Translations under genes and position numbers: made by a program
Notes under the pieces: model-generated
What the model was told of the DNA's origin: nothing
Databases searched by the model: none
Seen by the model: only the letters and a program-made list of their open reading frames with translations
IMG/VR virus record: IMGVR_UViG_3300010400_000007
Source: a virus
Length of the DNA: 60,555 nucleotides
Direction: 5' to 3' (one strand)
Shown: one piece after another, positions 32,750 through 40,847 of the stretch
Numbering within the stretch: position 1 is the first letter of the stretch
Layout: each line of letters opens with the position of its first letter

Positions 32750-33249
32750 CCCGCGAGCGCTGGCCGAAGGACCTGATCGCGTGGCGCCGCAGGCGGGAGC
32801 TGCCGCCGCTCCAGCCCAAGCCGATCAGCGCCAGCGCCTGGCAGTGCGGTCCGATCTGCGTGATCTCCTCGCTCGTCCTCGCGGAGGCGCCCGACGGCAA
32901 AGGCGATGCGATCCCGCAGTGGCACGTGTCGATCGCGAGTGTCGGCCGCCGGCCGAAACCCCACCACGTGCGCAAGGCGCTGCGCGCATTCGGGATCGAG
33001 GCCGCCGAGGAGGACAACCACGAGCCCGGCAATGCGCGGCACTTCTGGCTGCCCGTGGACCCGGCGCGCCGCGTCGACTGCGAGTGCAAGACCACCGAGA
33101 CGGTGATCACCGACCCCGACGGCTATCGCTGGTCGAACCCCGTCGATGGGCCCTGCCGCGGCTGCGAGATGGCGCCGATCACCCGGCGGCCCTGCCCGCT
33201 GCACGGCGCACACGCCACAACCGCGGCCTCGCGATCTCGACTTTTGTGA
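32746..33249 (+). CDS. Hypothetical protein (167 aa)
   Basis: ATGA coupling. Realistic composition with a CxC...CxxC...C..H segment near the C-terminus. Confidence 0.5.
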   Translation: MTRERWPKDLIAWRRRRELPPLQPKPISASAWQCGPICVISSLVLAEAPDGKGDAIPQWHVSIASVGRRPKPHHVRKALRAFGIEAAEEDNHEPGNARHFWLPVDPARRVDCECKTTETVITDPDGYRWSNPVDGPCRGCEMAPITRRPCPLHGAHATTAASRSRLL

Positions 33250-33276
33250 GGAGCTCGCGCAATCTGCGCGCACCCG

Positions 33277-33738
33277 ATGGCCAAAAAGAGCGACGAGGAA
33301 GAGCCCATTCGCAGCTGGCGCGAGGTGCCGCCAGCCGCGTTCATGGCGGTCGTACGGTCCATTTTCTCGAAAGAGACCGTCGTCTCCGCGACGTTCCTCT
33401 GGTTCCTTTACAACTTTGGAATCACTTGGCTTTTGCCTCCAGCAGACCGTGCGAAGTTTGCCGCCGACTCGAGCGGCGCGGCCGCCCGCCTAGCGGGCGA
33501 CGCCGTGCAGTCGCCGTGGTTCGCCTATGGCGGGTGGGGCGTCGCGGCGGTAGTTTTGCTCTTGGGCGTCCCCTACGTCGTGTATCAACATCGTCGTATC
33601 CAGCAGCAAGGCGCTGTCAACGCCCAGCTGCGACCGGAGTCGGAAACGGGACGTCTGTCGTCGCGGAACCCGCAGGGATTGGCGGAGTACGCGGCCCAGA
33701 GCAGGGATCGCAAGAAGGAGGAGGGCCCAAAGGAATGA
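33277..33738 (+). CDS. Membrane protein (two predicted TM helices), lower-GC gene
   Basis: Hydrophobic segments TVVSATFLWFLYNFGITWLL and WFAYGGWGVAAVVLLLGVPYVVY. Visibly AT-richer codons than neighbours. Confidence 0.6.
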   Translation: MAKKSDEEEPIRSWREVPPAAFMAVVRSIFSKETVVSATFLWFLYNFGITWLLPPADRAKFAADSSGAAARLAGDAVQSPWFAYGGWGVAAVVLLLGVPYVVYQHRRIQQQGAVNAQLRPESETGRLSSRNPQGLAEYAAQSRDRKKEEGPKE

Positions 33739-34292
33739 TCAATCTCGTCGTGTTCAGCGGGGCGGTGTTCCTCACCGCGTTCGTCTTTCTGGCGGCCATC
33801 CCGTGGATGTTCAAGACGCTGTGCTTGTACGGGCTCCATTCGCTGCGAGATAAGACCTACGACCTTGGCCGAAGGCTCCCGCAGATCACCGGCACGCGCG
33901 TCTACCAAGACGTCGTCTTCATGCAGACGAACACGATCTACTCGGTGCGCGAGCTGGGGGTCGTGGAGTGCCTCGAGACTGTTTTTGACCGCCTCAAGGA
34001 CCTTCCTACGAGGACCAACTGGCGAGAGTCGGCCTACGCCAATGAAATCGACGAGTGCTTCAGTGGACGGGAGGAGCGCGAAGCGCTCGAGAAGATGGTC
34101 GACGGCGTGATGCTCAGCTTCATGCTCGTGCTGCTGCGCCTGGTCACTTCCCATCCGCTGGTCACGTTGGCGTCGATCGCCGCCCTGGTCGTGTACGTCT
34201 GCAAGTGGCTGTTCGACCTTGCTTCCAACACGACGGAGCCCGCCGGTCTCGCCCGAAAGCTCGCGCGCTCGATGGAGCTCAGCGCCCATTGA
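33735..34292 (+). CDS. Membrane protein (N-terminal TM, soluble core, two C-terminal TM helices), lower-GC gene
   Basis: MINLVVFSGAVFLTAFVFLAAIPWMF...; VMLSFMLVLLRLV / LVTLASIAALVVYVCKWLF. ATGA coupling to 33277..33738. Confidence 0.6.
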   Translation: MINLVVFSGAVFLTAFVFLAAIPWMFKTLCLYGLHSLRDKTYDLGRRLPQITGTRVYQDVVFMQTNTIYSVRELGVVECLETVFDRLKDLPTRTNWRESAYANEIDECFSGREEREALEKMVDGVMLSFMLVLLRLVTSHPLVTLASIAALVVYVCKWLFDLASNTTEPAGLARKLARSMELSAH

Positions 34293-34337
34293 AGGCCCCG
34301 GCTGGCGCGGGCCCGCCGGCTGATCCAGATCCGTACG

Positions 34338-34637
34338 ATGCCCGCTGCCGAGCAGGACGGCTTGCCTATCGGGCCCGATGTCGTCGACCGATCGTCGGCG
34401 CGCGAGGAGGTCGCCGCGGCGTCGCGAGCCGAGCTGGAGCGGTGCCTCGCCGCGGGCATGCCGCTCGATCTCGCGCGGATCGAGGCGTCGAAGGAGGCGG
34501 CGAGGGCGCGCCGCGTGCAGATCGGATTGGAGCCTGAGGAGCCCGACTTCTACGTGCCGCCGGCGCAGCGCTTGCGCTTCGACGCCGCGGGCCGCGTGGT
34601 CCCACCCAAGACGGGGCGCGTGCGCCCGCGCGGGTAG
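34338..34637 (+). CDS. Hypothetical protein (99 aa)
   Basis: High GC3 in frame. No clear RBS. Confidence 0.45.
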   Translation: MPAAEQDGLPIGPDVVDRSSAREEVAAASRAELERCLAAGMPLDLARIEASKEAARARRVQIGLEPEEPDFYVPPAQRLRFDAAGRVVPPKTGRVRPRG

Positions 34638-34644
34638 CTCTGGG

Positions 34645-34673
34645 AAAAAGTGCCGGCCGCCAAGCGCCGGCAC
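34645..34673 (-). terminator. Intrinsic-terminator-like hairpin oriented for the minus strand
   Basis: gtgccggc-cgccaagc-gccggcac (34650..34673) preceded on the plus strand by AAAAA, which is a U-run after the hairpin on the minus strand. Confidence 0.4.
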
Positions 34674-34752
34674 CGCTTCACGAATCAGCCGGTCACCCCT
34701 GGGGCATGGGCAAAAGTTGGCACCGCGCGGGGCAGGGCGGCGATACCGGAGC

Positions 34753-34932
34753 ATGCCGCTGCGCCCGCTCTACACCCTGCCCGTCGGCGATCACCACGCG
34801 GTCGTCCTCGCCCTCCCCTGCGGCCGCGAGATCGAGCTCGTCTTCTACGACGGGGGCGGCTGCTGCCCCTCGGTGGGCCTCTGGCGCTGCGCTGGACGCC
34901 CGCTCGGCGTGGTGCTGGCCGGCGCGGCGTGA
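34753..34932 (+). CDS. Hypothetical small protein (59 aa), last gene of the plus arm
   Basis: Very high GC3 in frame. MPLRPLYTLPVGDHHAVVLALPCGREIELVFYDGGGCC... Confidence 0.4.
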   Translation: MPLRPLYTLPVGDHHAVVLALPCGREIELVFYDGGGCCPSVGLWRCAGRPLGVVLAGAA

Positions 34933-34967
34933 TCCCAGAGGGATCACATGGATCCCTCTGGGATCAC
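34929..34967. repeat. Tandem double palindrome GTGATCCC-aga-GGGATCAC / TGGATCCC-tct-GGGATCAC at the convergence point (four GATC sites)
   Basis: Read directly. Each unit is a hairpin-capable palindrome, and the two units are reverse complements of each other. Confidence 0.8.
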
Positions 34968-34979
34968 CTGCCGGAACGC

Positions 34980-35005
34980 AAAAAAGCCCCGGCCGAAGCC
35001 GGGGC
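34980..35005 (-). terminator. Rho-independent terminator of the late (minus-strand) operon
   Basis: Minus strand: GCCCCGGC-UUCG-GCCGGGGC followed by UUUUUU. About 40 nt downstream of the last late gene, which ends at 35045. Confidence 0.75.
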
Positions 35006-35044
35006 GCAGTGCGGGTCGCGAACGCGTCTGGCGTGGGGGTCAGT

Positions 35045-35479
35045 TCAGCGGATGCGCTCGAACAGCTCGGGCGACGGCGGCGGCAGCCCCGATGGGCTCG
35101 GTGGAATCAGGCTCATGTGGGCGCGCGCGAGCGGCATCTTCGCTTCGACGGCGGCCTCGTCGATCAGCGGCTTGAGCTCGGGTGGCGCTTGGCTCTTCGC
35201 GACGGTCGTCGCGTGCTCGAGCTTGGCGCGCGACGTGTAGTTGAGTCCCTGCCGCGCAGCGTTGCGAGCGTATTCCTCGGCCGACCCGATCCCCGTCAGG
35301 ATGAACTGATCAACGAGCTTGAGCAGCGTCTCGTGGCTCTTGAGTCCCGCCGCCTCAGCCATCTTTCTTGCCGCTGCGCGGACGTAGAGTCGGACCTGCA
35401 GGCCCACGACGGTCAGCACCGCCAGCGTGAGTGCCAAGAGGGCTTGAACGACCTCGGGGGTCAGGATCGACTTCAGCAT
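35045..35479 (-). CDS. Membrane protein with N-terminal TM (holin candidate, LL-H-like layout)
   Basis: MLKSILTPEVVQALLALTLAVLTVVGLQV followed by a soluble tail. In the lysis cassette. Confidence 0.4.
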   Translation of the reverse strand: MLKSILTPEVVQALLALTLAVLTVVGLQVRLYVRAAARKMAEAAGLKSHETLLKLVDQFILTGIGSAEEYARNAARQGLNYTSRAKLEHATTVAKSQAPPELKPLIDEAAVEAKMPLARAHMSLIPPSPSGLPPPSPELFERIR

Positions 35480-35942
35480 GCTTCTCCCTCACGGGCACGG
35501 TTTGGTGCCCGCGCATGTCGTTGCGCAGCCCATCTGCCTCCGCCTGGGCGGCGAGCGCGAGCTTCTTCCACTTCTCGGCGTCCTGCTCCGCCTGGTCCTT
35601 GGCAGCGGCCAGTGCCCCCATGTCGTCGCCAAGGCCCCGGGCATTCTCGATCGCGGCGTCGCGTGCGACCTCGGCGCGCTCCGCGCGCTGCTTCGCGGCG
35701 GAGAGCTCGGCGCCGAGCTCGATCAGCTTCGCGTGCAGCGGCCCTTCGGCCGCCACCTGCTCGACCTCCTTCTCGCGCTCCGCCATGCGGTCGATCTCCT
35801 GCGCCGCGCGCTGGAACATCCTGGTCTTCAGCCGCTGAAGGAAGGGCCCCAGCGCTCTGCAGATCACGAGGATCAGCCCGCCGGCGAACCCGCCGATCCA
35901 CTCGGCCTTGATCCCCTGCAGGACGTGAATGATCCAGCTCAC
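35355..35942 (-). CDS. TM plus coiled-coil protein (i-spanin-like); 3' end overlaps the next gene by 125 nt
   Basis: N-terminal TM GGFAGGLILVICRALGPFL followed by an Ala/Glu/Arg coiled coil. The tail after residue ~150 is Arg/Gly/Pro-rich, out of frame with the 35045 gene. Confidence 0.45.
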   Translation of the reverse strand: MSWIIHVLQGIKAEWIGGFAGGLILVICRALGPFLQRLKTRMFQRAAQEIDRMAEREKEVEQVAAEGPLHAKLIELGAELSAAKQRAERAEVARDAAIENARGLGDDMGALAAAKDQAEQDAEKWKKLALAAQAEADGLRNDMRGHQTVPVREKHAEVDPDPRGRSSPLGTHAGGADRRGPAGPTLRPRSGKKDG

Positions 35943-35957
35943 AACCCTCGCGCCGGG

Positions 35958-36092
35958 CTACAACCCCCGGTAGATGCGGTGGCACGCCCTGCATCGGCAC
36001 ACCCAGGTGAAGAGGCCCGCCGGCTCAAGGCGCTGGCGCCTCCACGGCGGGTGCACGCCGAAGAAGCACAGCGCGCTCCTGAAGAAGCTCAC
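35958..36092 (-). CDS. Possible 44-aa protein coupled to the endolysin stop
   Basis: Hand translation VSFFRSALCFFGVHPPWRRQRLEPAGLFTWVCRCRACHRIYRGL. GTGA overlap. Not in the track (too short). Confidence 0.25.
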   Translation of the reverse strand: MSFFRSALCFFGVHPPWRRQRLEPAGLFTWVCRCRACHRIYRGL

Positions 36093-36553
36093 GCGAGCCT
36101 CGGCCAGCGAATCGCATCGATGGTCTCGCGCGCCCGGTGCGCAGCGCTAACGGCGTTGCCCTGGTTTCCGCCAAGCGCGAGCACGCGTGAGCCGTTCCAG
36201 CCGCCGCAAAGGGCCACGTGGCCGGTGCCGCGCGCATCCGGATCCGACTTGCCGAAGTAGAGCACCGCGCCCAGGCGCAGAGGGCTTGGATCACCCCACG
36301 TCTTCCAGCTGACGGCGCCCTTGTTCCGCGTGGACAAGATGCCCTGCTGCTCGAAGGCGGCGCAGAGGATGCTTGAGCACCAAGCGACCTCGTCGGGCGC
36401 TTCGCCGGCGGCCGTGAAGCTGTGATACCAGGTGATCCGCGGGTTGTGGCGCGTGCCCGCGATCTCGCGCTGCCCGAGCTCGCTGAGCATCCACTCGAGC
36501 CACGGCGGGCCCCAGCTGCCGAGCGCAGCGGTCGCAATATCAACCGGATGCAC
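36089..36553 (-). CDS. Endolysin candidate, NlpC/P60-CHAP-like (TIGR02594-like) cell-wall hydrolase
   Basis: PWLEWMLSELGQREIAG..HNPRI...EVAWCSSILCAAFEQ...GHVALCGGW shows a Cys/His catalytic pattern. GTG at 36553 is preferred over the upstream start. Confidence 0.6.
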   Translation of the reverse strand: MHPVDIATAALGSWGPPWLEWMLSELGQREIAGTRHNPRITWYHSFTAAGEAPDEVAWCSSILCAAFEQQGILSTRNKGAVSWKTWGDPSPLRLGAVLYFGKSDPDARGTGHVALCGGWNGSRVLALGGNQGNAVSAAHRARETIDAIRWPRLA

Positions 36554-36713
36554 GTTTTCGCTTTCTCGCACGCGCCCGTTGCTCGCGCGCGAGCAGGCTG
36601 CCGATGTGCGCATTGAGCTCGTCGACTGATGCCTTGTGGTCCTGCAGCGTCTGGTTGAACTGCAGGATCGCGTTCGTCAGCCGCGAGTAGATCTCCTTGT
36701 CCTCAGCGTTCAT
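36540..36713 (-). CDS. Small coiled-coil protein (57 aa) upstream of the endolysin
   Basis: MNAEDKEIYSRLTNAILQFNQTLQDHKASVDELNAHIGSLLAREQRARARKRKRASG. The rest of tracked ORF 36540..37142 is Arg-rich overlap. Confidence 0.45.
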   Translation of the reverse strand: MNAEDKEIYSRLTNAILQFNQTLQDHKASVDELNAHIGSLLAREQRARARKRKRASG

Positions 36714-37483
36714 CGGCTCGCCGCCCCGCCCAGGCGGTGCGTGCGGCTCGCTGGGTGCTGCTTTCGATCGAGCTTGCGCGAGTACGACGCCAGGGGACCC
36801 GTCATGTCCTCCGACCACTGGCGATAGCCGCCGTCCGCGCGCCGCTCGCGCAGCACCGCGTAGCCCTCGCTCGAGATCTCGCCGGGCGTCTTCAGGCGCT
36901 TGAGCCAGTCCAGGCCGTAGCCCTCGGAATCCTCCAGCGCCTTCACCGCCTGCGGGTTGCCGACGTAGCTCGTCATGAACCAGAAGGGCGTGACGAAGTT
37001 CGAGACGTTCCAGTCCGTGCCGTCTGCGCGGATCACGTAGTGGTCCTGCGTCGGATCGCACACCTCGTGGGCGACCTCGACGCCGGCGCGCGCCCGCGCG
37101 GGGACCGGATGCGGCTTCCACACGGCGAGCATGGGGTTGCACAGCTGCTCCAGGATCTCGTGCGACGCGATCTCGCTGACCGAGTAGGGGCCGCTGCTCA
37201 GCGCCGTGGCGCGCTGCACGAGCACGCGCGCCGCGGGGATCTGGCGCTTCCGATCGAACCAGTGCTCGCCGACGATGCCGCCTTCGCCGCCCTCGTCCAC
37301 CATCACGACCGGGTAGCAGTCAACCGGGAGGTGCGACTCCTTGTCGATCGGCACGATCGCAACGGGCTCGTAGATCTGGTGGGCCTTGCAGCAGTGCGCG
37401 ACGTTCTGCTCCAGCGCCTTGCCCATGCGCCAAAGGTCCTGCTCCGACACGAGCTTCGTGGTGGTGATCAGGGCGAAGATCAT
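36710..37483 (-). CDS. Hypothetical protein (257 aa)
   Basis: ATG at 37483 (ATGA coupling). Realistic composition, with SHEILEQLCNP and VAHEVCDP segments. Confidence 0.55.
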   Translation of the reverse strand: MIFALITTTKLVSEQDLWRMGKALEQNVAHCCKAHQIYEPVAIVPIDKESHLPVDCYPVVMVDEGGEGGIVGEHWFDRKRQIPAARVLVQRATALSSGPYSVSEIASHEILEQLCNPMLAVWKPHPVPARARAGVEVAHEVCDPTQDHYVIRADGTDWNVSNFVTPFWFMTSYVGNPQAVKALEDSEGYGLDWLKRLKTPGEISSEGYAVLRERRADGGYRQWSEDMTGPLASYSRKLDRKQHPASRTHRLGGAASR

Positions 37484-37812
37484 GCGGTCTTCACCTCGCC
37501 ATCGGTGATCCAACCGTGCCAGCCGCACCCGGGAGGCTTCGTGCGAAGGATCGAAGGCGACAGCGTGAGCGTATCGAACGTTTCCCCGGTGCGATCCCAG
37601 AGTGGCTTGCTCTCGTCGCGCGCAGCGCCGCCGTCGAGCGGTTGCCTGAACGGCACGTAGAGAGGGCTTCCACAACCGCATGGGCAATCGAGCTGGACGC
37701 CTACCCCGATGCGCCTTGGCACCGGCTCGAGCTGCCCGGTGGCTGGGTCGCGCTGGTAGACACCCTCGCCACCCGCGTCGAGAAACACTGGGTTGAGGTC
37801 GACGAGCCTCAC
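37480..37812 (-). CDS. DUF6527-like small protein (CPCGCG motif)
   Basis: GTG at 37812 (GTGA coupling). ...VQLDCPCGCGSPLYVPF...TLSPSILRTKPPGCGWHGWITDGEV. Confidence 0.5.
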   Translation of the reverse strand: MRLVDLNPVFLDAGGEGVYQRDPATGQLEPVPRRIGVGVQLDCPCGCGSPLYVPFRQPLDGGAARDESKPLWDRTGETFDTLTLSPSILRTKPPGCGWHGWITDGEVKTA

Positions 37813-38267
37813 CAGGGGTTCTCCAGCGCCGCGTCGTCGAGCTGCGGCTGCGTGCCCACGACGCGGAGGAAGTGGCGTCCGCGCGCGGCTGCGGCCAGCC
37901 TCCGCGGCTCCGGCGCCGCGCCGGGCGAGGTCCAGTCGTGGACGATGCGCTCGACGACGCAGGCCACAAGCTCCGGCGTGTGCGTGCGCGCCAGCTCCTC
38001 GAGCGCGTCCTTCCCGCGCGCGCTGATCGTCTTCTGGTCCTCTGGACCGTCCCCGATCAGGATGCGGCTCACGGTGCTCACGAGGTCGCTGATCCCCGGC
38101 TCGCACTGCACGATGCCCGGCCAGTTGATAGGGCTGTGCGGAGCGCACCCCACCAGGAGGTAAGCCCACGCAGCGAGCACGTGGCCGACCACAAGAGCCG
38201 CCGCCCACTTCAACGCCCAGCGCTTCACCACGTGCGCGCGGCGCTTGTTCGTCAGGCAAAACCGCAT
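37809..38267 (-). CDS. Predicted lipoprotein (152 aa)
   Basis: MRFCLTNKRRAHVVKRWALKWAAALVVGHVLAAWAYLLVGC: basic n-region, hydrophobic core and lipobox LVGC. Confidence 0.55.
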   Translation of the reverse strand: MRFCLTNKRRAHVVKRWALKWAAALVVGHVLAAWAYLLVGCAPHSPINWPGIVQCEPGISDLVSTVSRILIGDGPEDQKTISARGKDALEELARTHTPELVACVVERIVHDWTSPGAAPEPRRLAAAARGRHFLRVVGTQPQLDDAALENPW

Positions 38268-38392
38268 GGAACAACTCCGTGGGTGCGAAGCAGCTAACAG
38301 CTGCGTCGAAAACTGCTCCCGCACACGTTTACGCGCCGCGCGCGGCGCCGATACCGTTCTCGTCGACGAACACGCAAGAAACGGAGCCCAAC

Positions 38393-38653
38393 ATGCTGGA
38401 CTGGATCATCGCATCGTGCCTTTTCCTGACCTCGCCCGGAGTGCTGCAGGTGCACGACGGCACTGGCACCTGCTACGAAGCGGACTTCGCCTCAGAAGGC
38501 ATGTCGATGTACGAAGCGGGAGCCGACTGGTGTGAGCAGTTCGACCCCGACGGCACTGGCGCATGGAACGGCATGTACTGGACGGGGACCGAGCAGAACG
38601 CCGGCGCGCTGCAATGCCCGTCCGGGTACATGTGCATCGGCTGCGAGTGGTGA
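38393..38653 (+). CDS. Small secreted Cys-rich protein, reverse-oriented moron in the late region
   Basis: ATG at 38393 after GGAG. MLDWIIASCLFLTSPGVLQ signal-like N-terminus, five further Cys, good GC3. Opposite strand to all flanking late genes. Confidence 0.55.
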   Translation: MLDWIIASCLFLTSPGVLQVHDGTGTCYEADFASEGMSMYEAGADWCEQFDPDGTGAWNGMYWTGTEQNAGALQCPSGYMCIGCEW

Positions 38654-38655
38654 CA

Positions 38656-38898
38656 TCACCCTTCGGTGTCGACGCCCACTTCGGCGCGCCAGCTCTCCCC
38701 GACCGCCTCGCCGCCCTCGAACCGTTGCAGGTCGACCATACGGTGCGGACCCGCCGCAAAGCTCGATTCCGCGTAGCTGATCGCGAGCTGCGCATCCGTG
38801 GCGCTGGCGTCCTCGACGACCGCGTGACGTAGTTGCCCCTGGTCGTCGGCCTGCACCTCGCGCTCGCCCTGGCCGGCCGGCCCTTCGCTCCATTGCAT
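38656..38898 (-). CDS. Acidic 80-aa protein downstream of the tailspike (possible fiber-assembly factor)
   Basis: ATG at 38898 preceded by GAGGAGG. Only the last 80 codons of tracked ORF 38656..40155 are credible. Confidence 0.55.
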   Translation of the reverse strand: MQWSEGPAGQGEREVQADDQGQLRHAVVEDASATDAQLAISYAESSFAAGPHRMVDLQRFEGGEAVGESWRAEVGVDTEG

Positions 38899-38909
38899 CG
38901 CAGCCTCCT

Positions 38910-40496
38910 CTATTGGACGTAGACCGAGCCCACGACCGTCGGGTTTGTCATCGACCCACCCCAGCCACCGGACCCGATCGCGGTGTTGAGCAAGGCCCAC
39001 GTGAAGTTGCGTGCGGCCTGTGCCGCGCCTGCCGAGTCGAACACGTAGCTGCTCGTCAGACCGGCAATTTGGATGTCCCCGCCGGTTGGCGCGCACGTGA
39101 TCGTGGATATGATGCCGGCCGTCACGCCGACGTGACAGGCGCGATCGAGCTCGAGGAGTTTCGCGGAAGTCGTGTTGCCTGCGCCCCATACCGCGCCGGT
39201 GATGCGACCGGTCGCGCGCCCGACGAACACAAAGATCTTGTTCGCCCCGGTCACCTTGCGAACGCAGCAGCCATCGATAAACCCTTGCGAGCCTTGCGCC
39301 ACGCCGGTGTACCCGACCTTGTCGAACACGGTGTCGAAGCGGAACGTGATGTCGCCGTGCGCGGTGATGCCCGTCGTGAAGGCAGTGCGGACCCAGCACG
39401 TATTCAGGAACGCGCGGGAGAAGAGCTCGTTGCCAAATAGAGCTCCCTGGTTCAGGAACTGGCAGCCGTTGTAATAGAGCGCGCCGCCGCAGTGGGACTG
39501 ACCGCTGCCCTCGACGATGCATCGATTGAACATGATGGACGCGTTGAGCGCCATCAGCCGGTTTTGGCCGGTCGTGCATTTGAGGTGCACGTCGCTGATC
39601 ACCAGCCCGCGGTTGCCCATCAGGTCCAGCGCAAAACCCCGGATGATCGAGGCGTGTGTGTACGTCGTGCCCGTCGCGCCACTGGTCGGATTCGCGACGC
39701 TCGTCTGCGTCGGAGCGACATTCACATCGCTCGTATCCACGGTCGTCCAGGGCATCATCGCTGCCTGGTTTGGGGACCCGCCGAGATCCTCCATGACCCA
39801 TGAATGCAGGTTTGCTGACGAGATCGCGAGCCGCCCGACTTCGTTCGCGGCCGTCCACGACGCGGAACTCACGTGGTCGACGTTCGTCGTGCGGTTGATG
39901 TTGGTGACGGTGGTCAGAGCGCCTGTGAACTGCGCGGTCAGCTTCCCCTTGATGTGTACGCGGTACGATTTCGTGGTGGCCGCTTGGCTCAGCACCCGGA
40001 TCATCAAGGGATCGTCCTCGGACGTCTCCCCGACGAAGGACCAGGTCTGATTCTGCCTGGGCGTGTAGTCCCGCCCGAGCCTGCGCGCCAGCTCGGTCCA
40101 CGACTTGATCGGGCCAACGAGGCCGCCACCAGCGGTGTCCTGAGACGCGTCCCATTCATCGTTGCCGATGTTTGCGTCCAGGTTGAGCGTCTGCGCGTAG
40201 GCCCAGCTCGGGTGCGGGAGGCAGAGGCGCTCCCAGCGCCAGTTGCTCCCGCTGGCGTGCGCGAGGACCTCATCCGCCTTCAAGGCAAGCGGGGAGCTTC
40301 GATTCGAGCTCGTGAAGTAGTCGCGGTACGACTTGACGAAGATCGTCAGGCCCTCGACGCTGTTGGTCAGCGCGCTGAGCGCCGCTCCGTTGGCCACAGG
40401 CGTCGAGATCAGCGCCTCGAGCGCGGCGATCCGGGCGACGTCGGCAGGCCCGTAGTCGATGTTGTCGTCGCCGAGTTTGACGCTTTGGAAGCCCAT
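38910..40496 (-). CDS. Tailspike/tail fiber protein with beta-helix-like C-terminal region
   Basis: ATG at 40496 (TAATG overlap). Gly/Thr/Asn/Cys-rich repetitive beta pattern (...NRCIVEGSGQSHCGGALYYNGCQFLNQG...) typical of pectate-lyase-fold spikes. Confidence 0.6.
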   Translation of the reverse strand: MGFQSVKLGDDNIDYGPADVARIAALEALISTPVANGAALSALTNSVEGLTIFVKSYRDYFTSSNRSSPLALKADEVLAHASGSNWRWERLCLPHPSWAYAQTLNLDANIGNDEWDASQDTAGGGLVGPIKSWTELARRLGRDYTPRQNQTWSFVGETSEDDPLMIRVLSQAATTKSYRVHIKGKLTAQFTGALTTVTNINRTTNVDHVSSASWTAANEVGRLAISSANLHSWVMEDLGGSPNQAAMMPWTTVDTSDVNVAPTQTSVANPTSGATGTTYTHASIIRGFALDLMGNRGLVISDVHLKCTTGQNRLMALNASIMFNRCIVEGSGQSHCGGALYYNGCQFLNQGALFGNELFSRAFLNTCWVRTAFTTGITAHGDITFRFDTVFDKVGYTGVAQGSQGFIDGCCVRKVTGANKIFVFVGRATGRITGAVWGAGNTTSAKLLELDRACHVGVTAGIISTITCAPTGGDIQIAGLTSSYVFDSAGAAQAARNFTWALLNTAIGSGGWGGSMTNPTVVGSVYVQ

Positions 40497-40831
40497 TAGG
40501 CGCTCTTCGCGTGCACGACGACGCGCATGGCGCCGGTCCCGCTCGAATAGACTTCGCGGATCCGATACCACCGCGAGCGCATGTTGCTGATCTCGATCAG
40601 CTGCTTGCCGGCAACGCCCGCGATCGACTCGAAGGTGACCTCCGACACGGTGACCCAGTCATCCGGAAACCCGACGGGATCGTCGTTGGCCTCCAGCGTC
40701 AGCACCGCCGCGACGGCGCCGTAGACGGCGTGGATCGAGGCGCCGTCGAACATCGTGAAGTCCATGCCCTGGCTGACAGCGGACTCTGCTTGGGCCTGGT
40801 CGAGGACCGCGCCTAAGTACCGGTAGCTCAT
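40496..40831 (-). CDS. Hypothetical tail-associated protein (111 aa)
   Basis: ATG at 40831 preceded by GGGAG. Confidence 0.5.
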   Translation of the reverse strand: MSYRYLGAVLDQAQAESAVSQGMDFTMFDGASIHAVYGAVAAVLTLEANDDPVGFPDDWVTVSEVTFESIAGVAGKQLIEISNMRSRWYRIREVYSSGTGAMRVVVHAKSA

Positions 40832-40847
40832 CGCGTGCGCGCTCCCT

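Noticed and set aside
38656-40155. 499-aa minus-strand ORF
   Set aside because: It is an alternative frame of the tailspike gene (38910..40496) and is Arg/His/Asp-rich. Only its last 80 codons (38656..38898), preceded by GAGGAGG, were kept.
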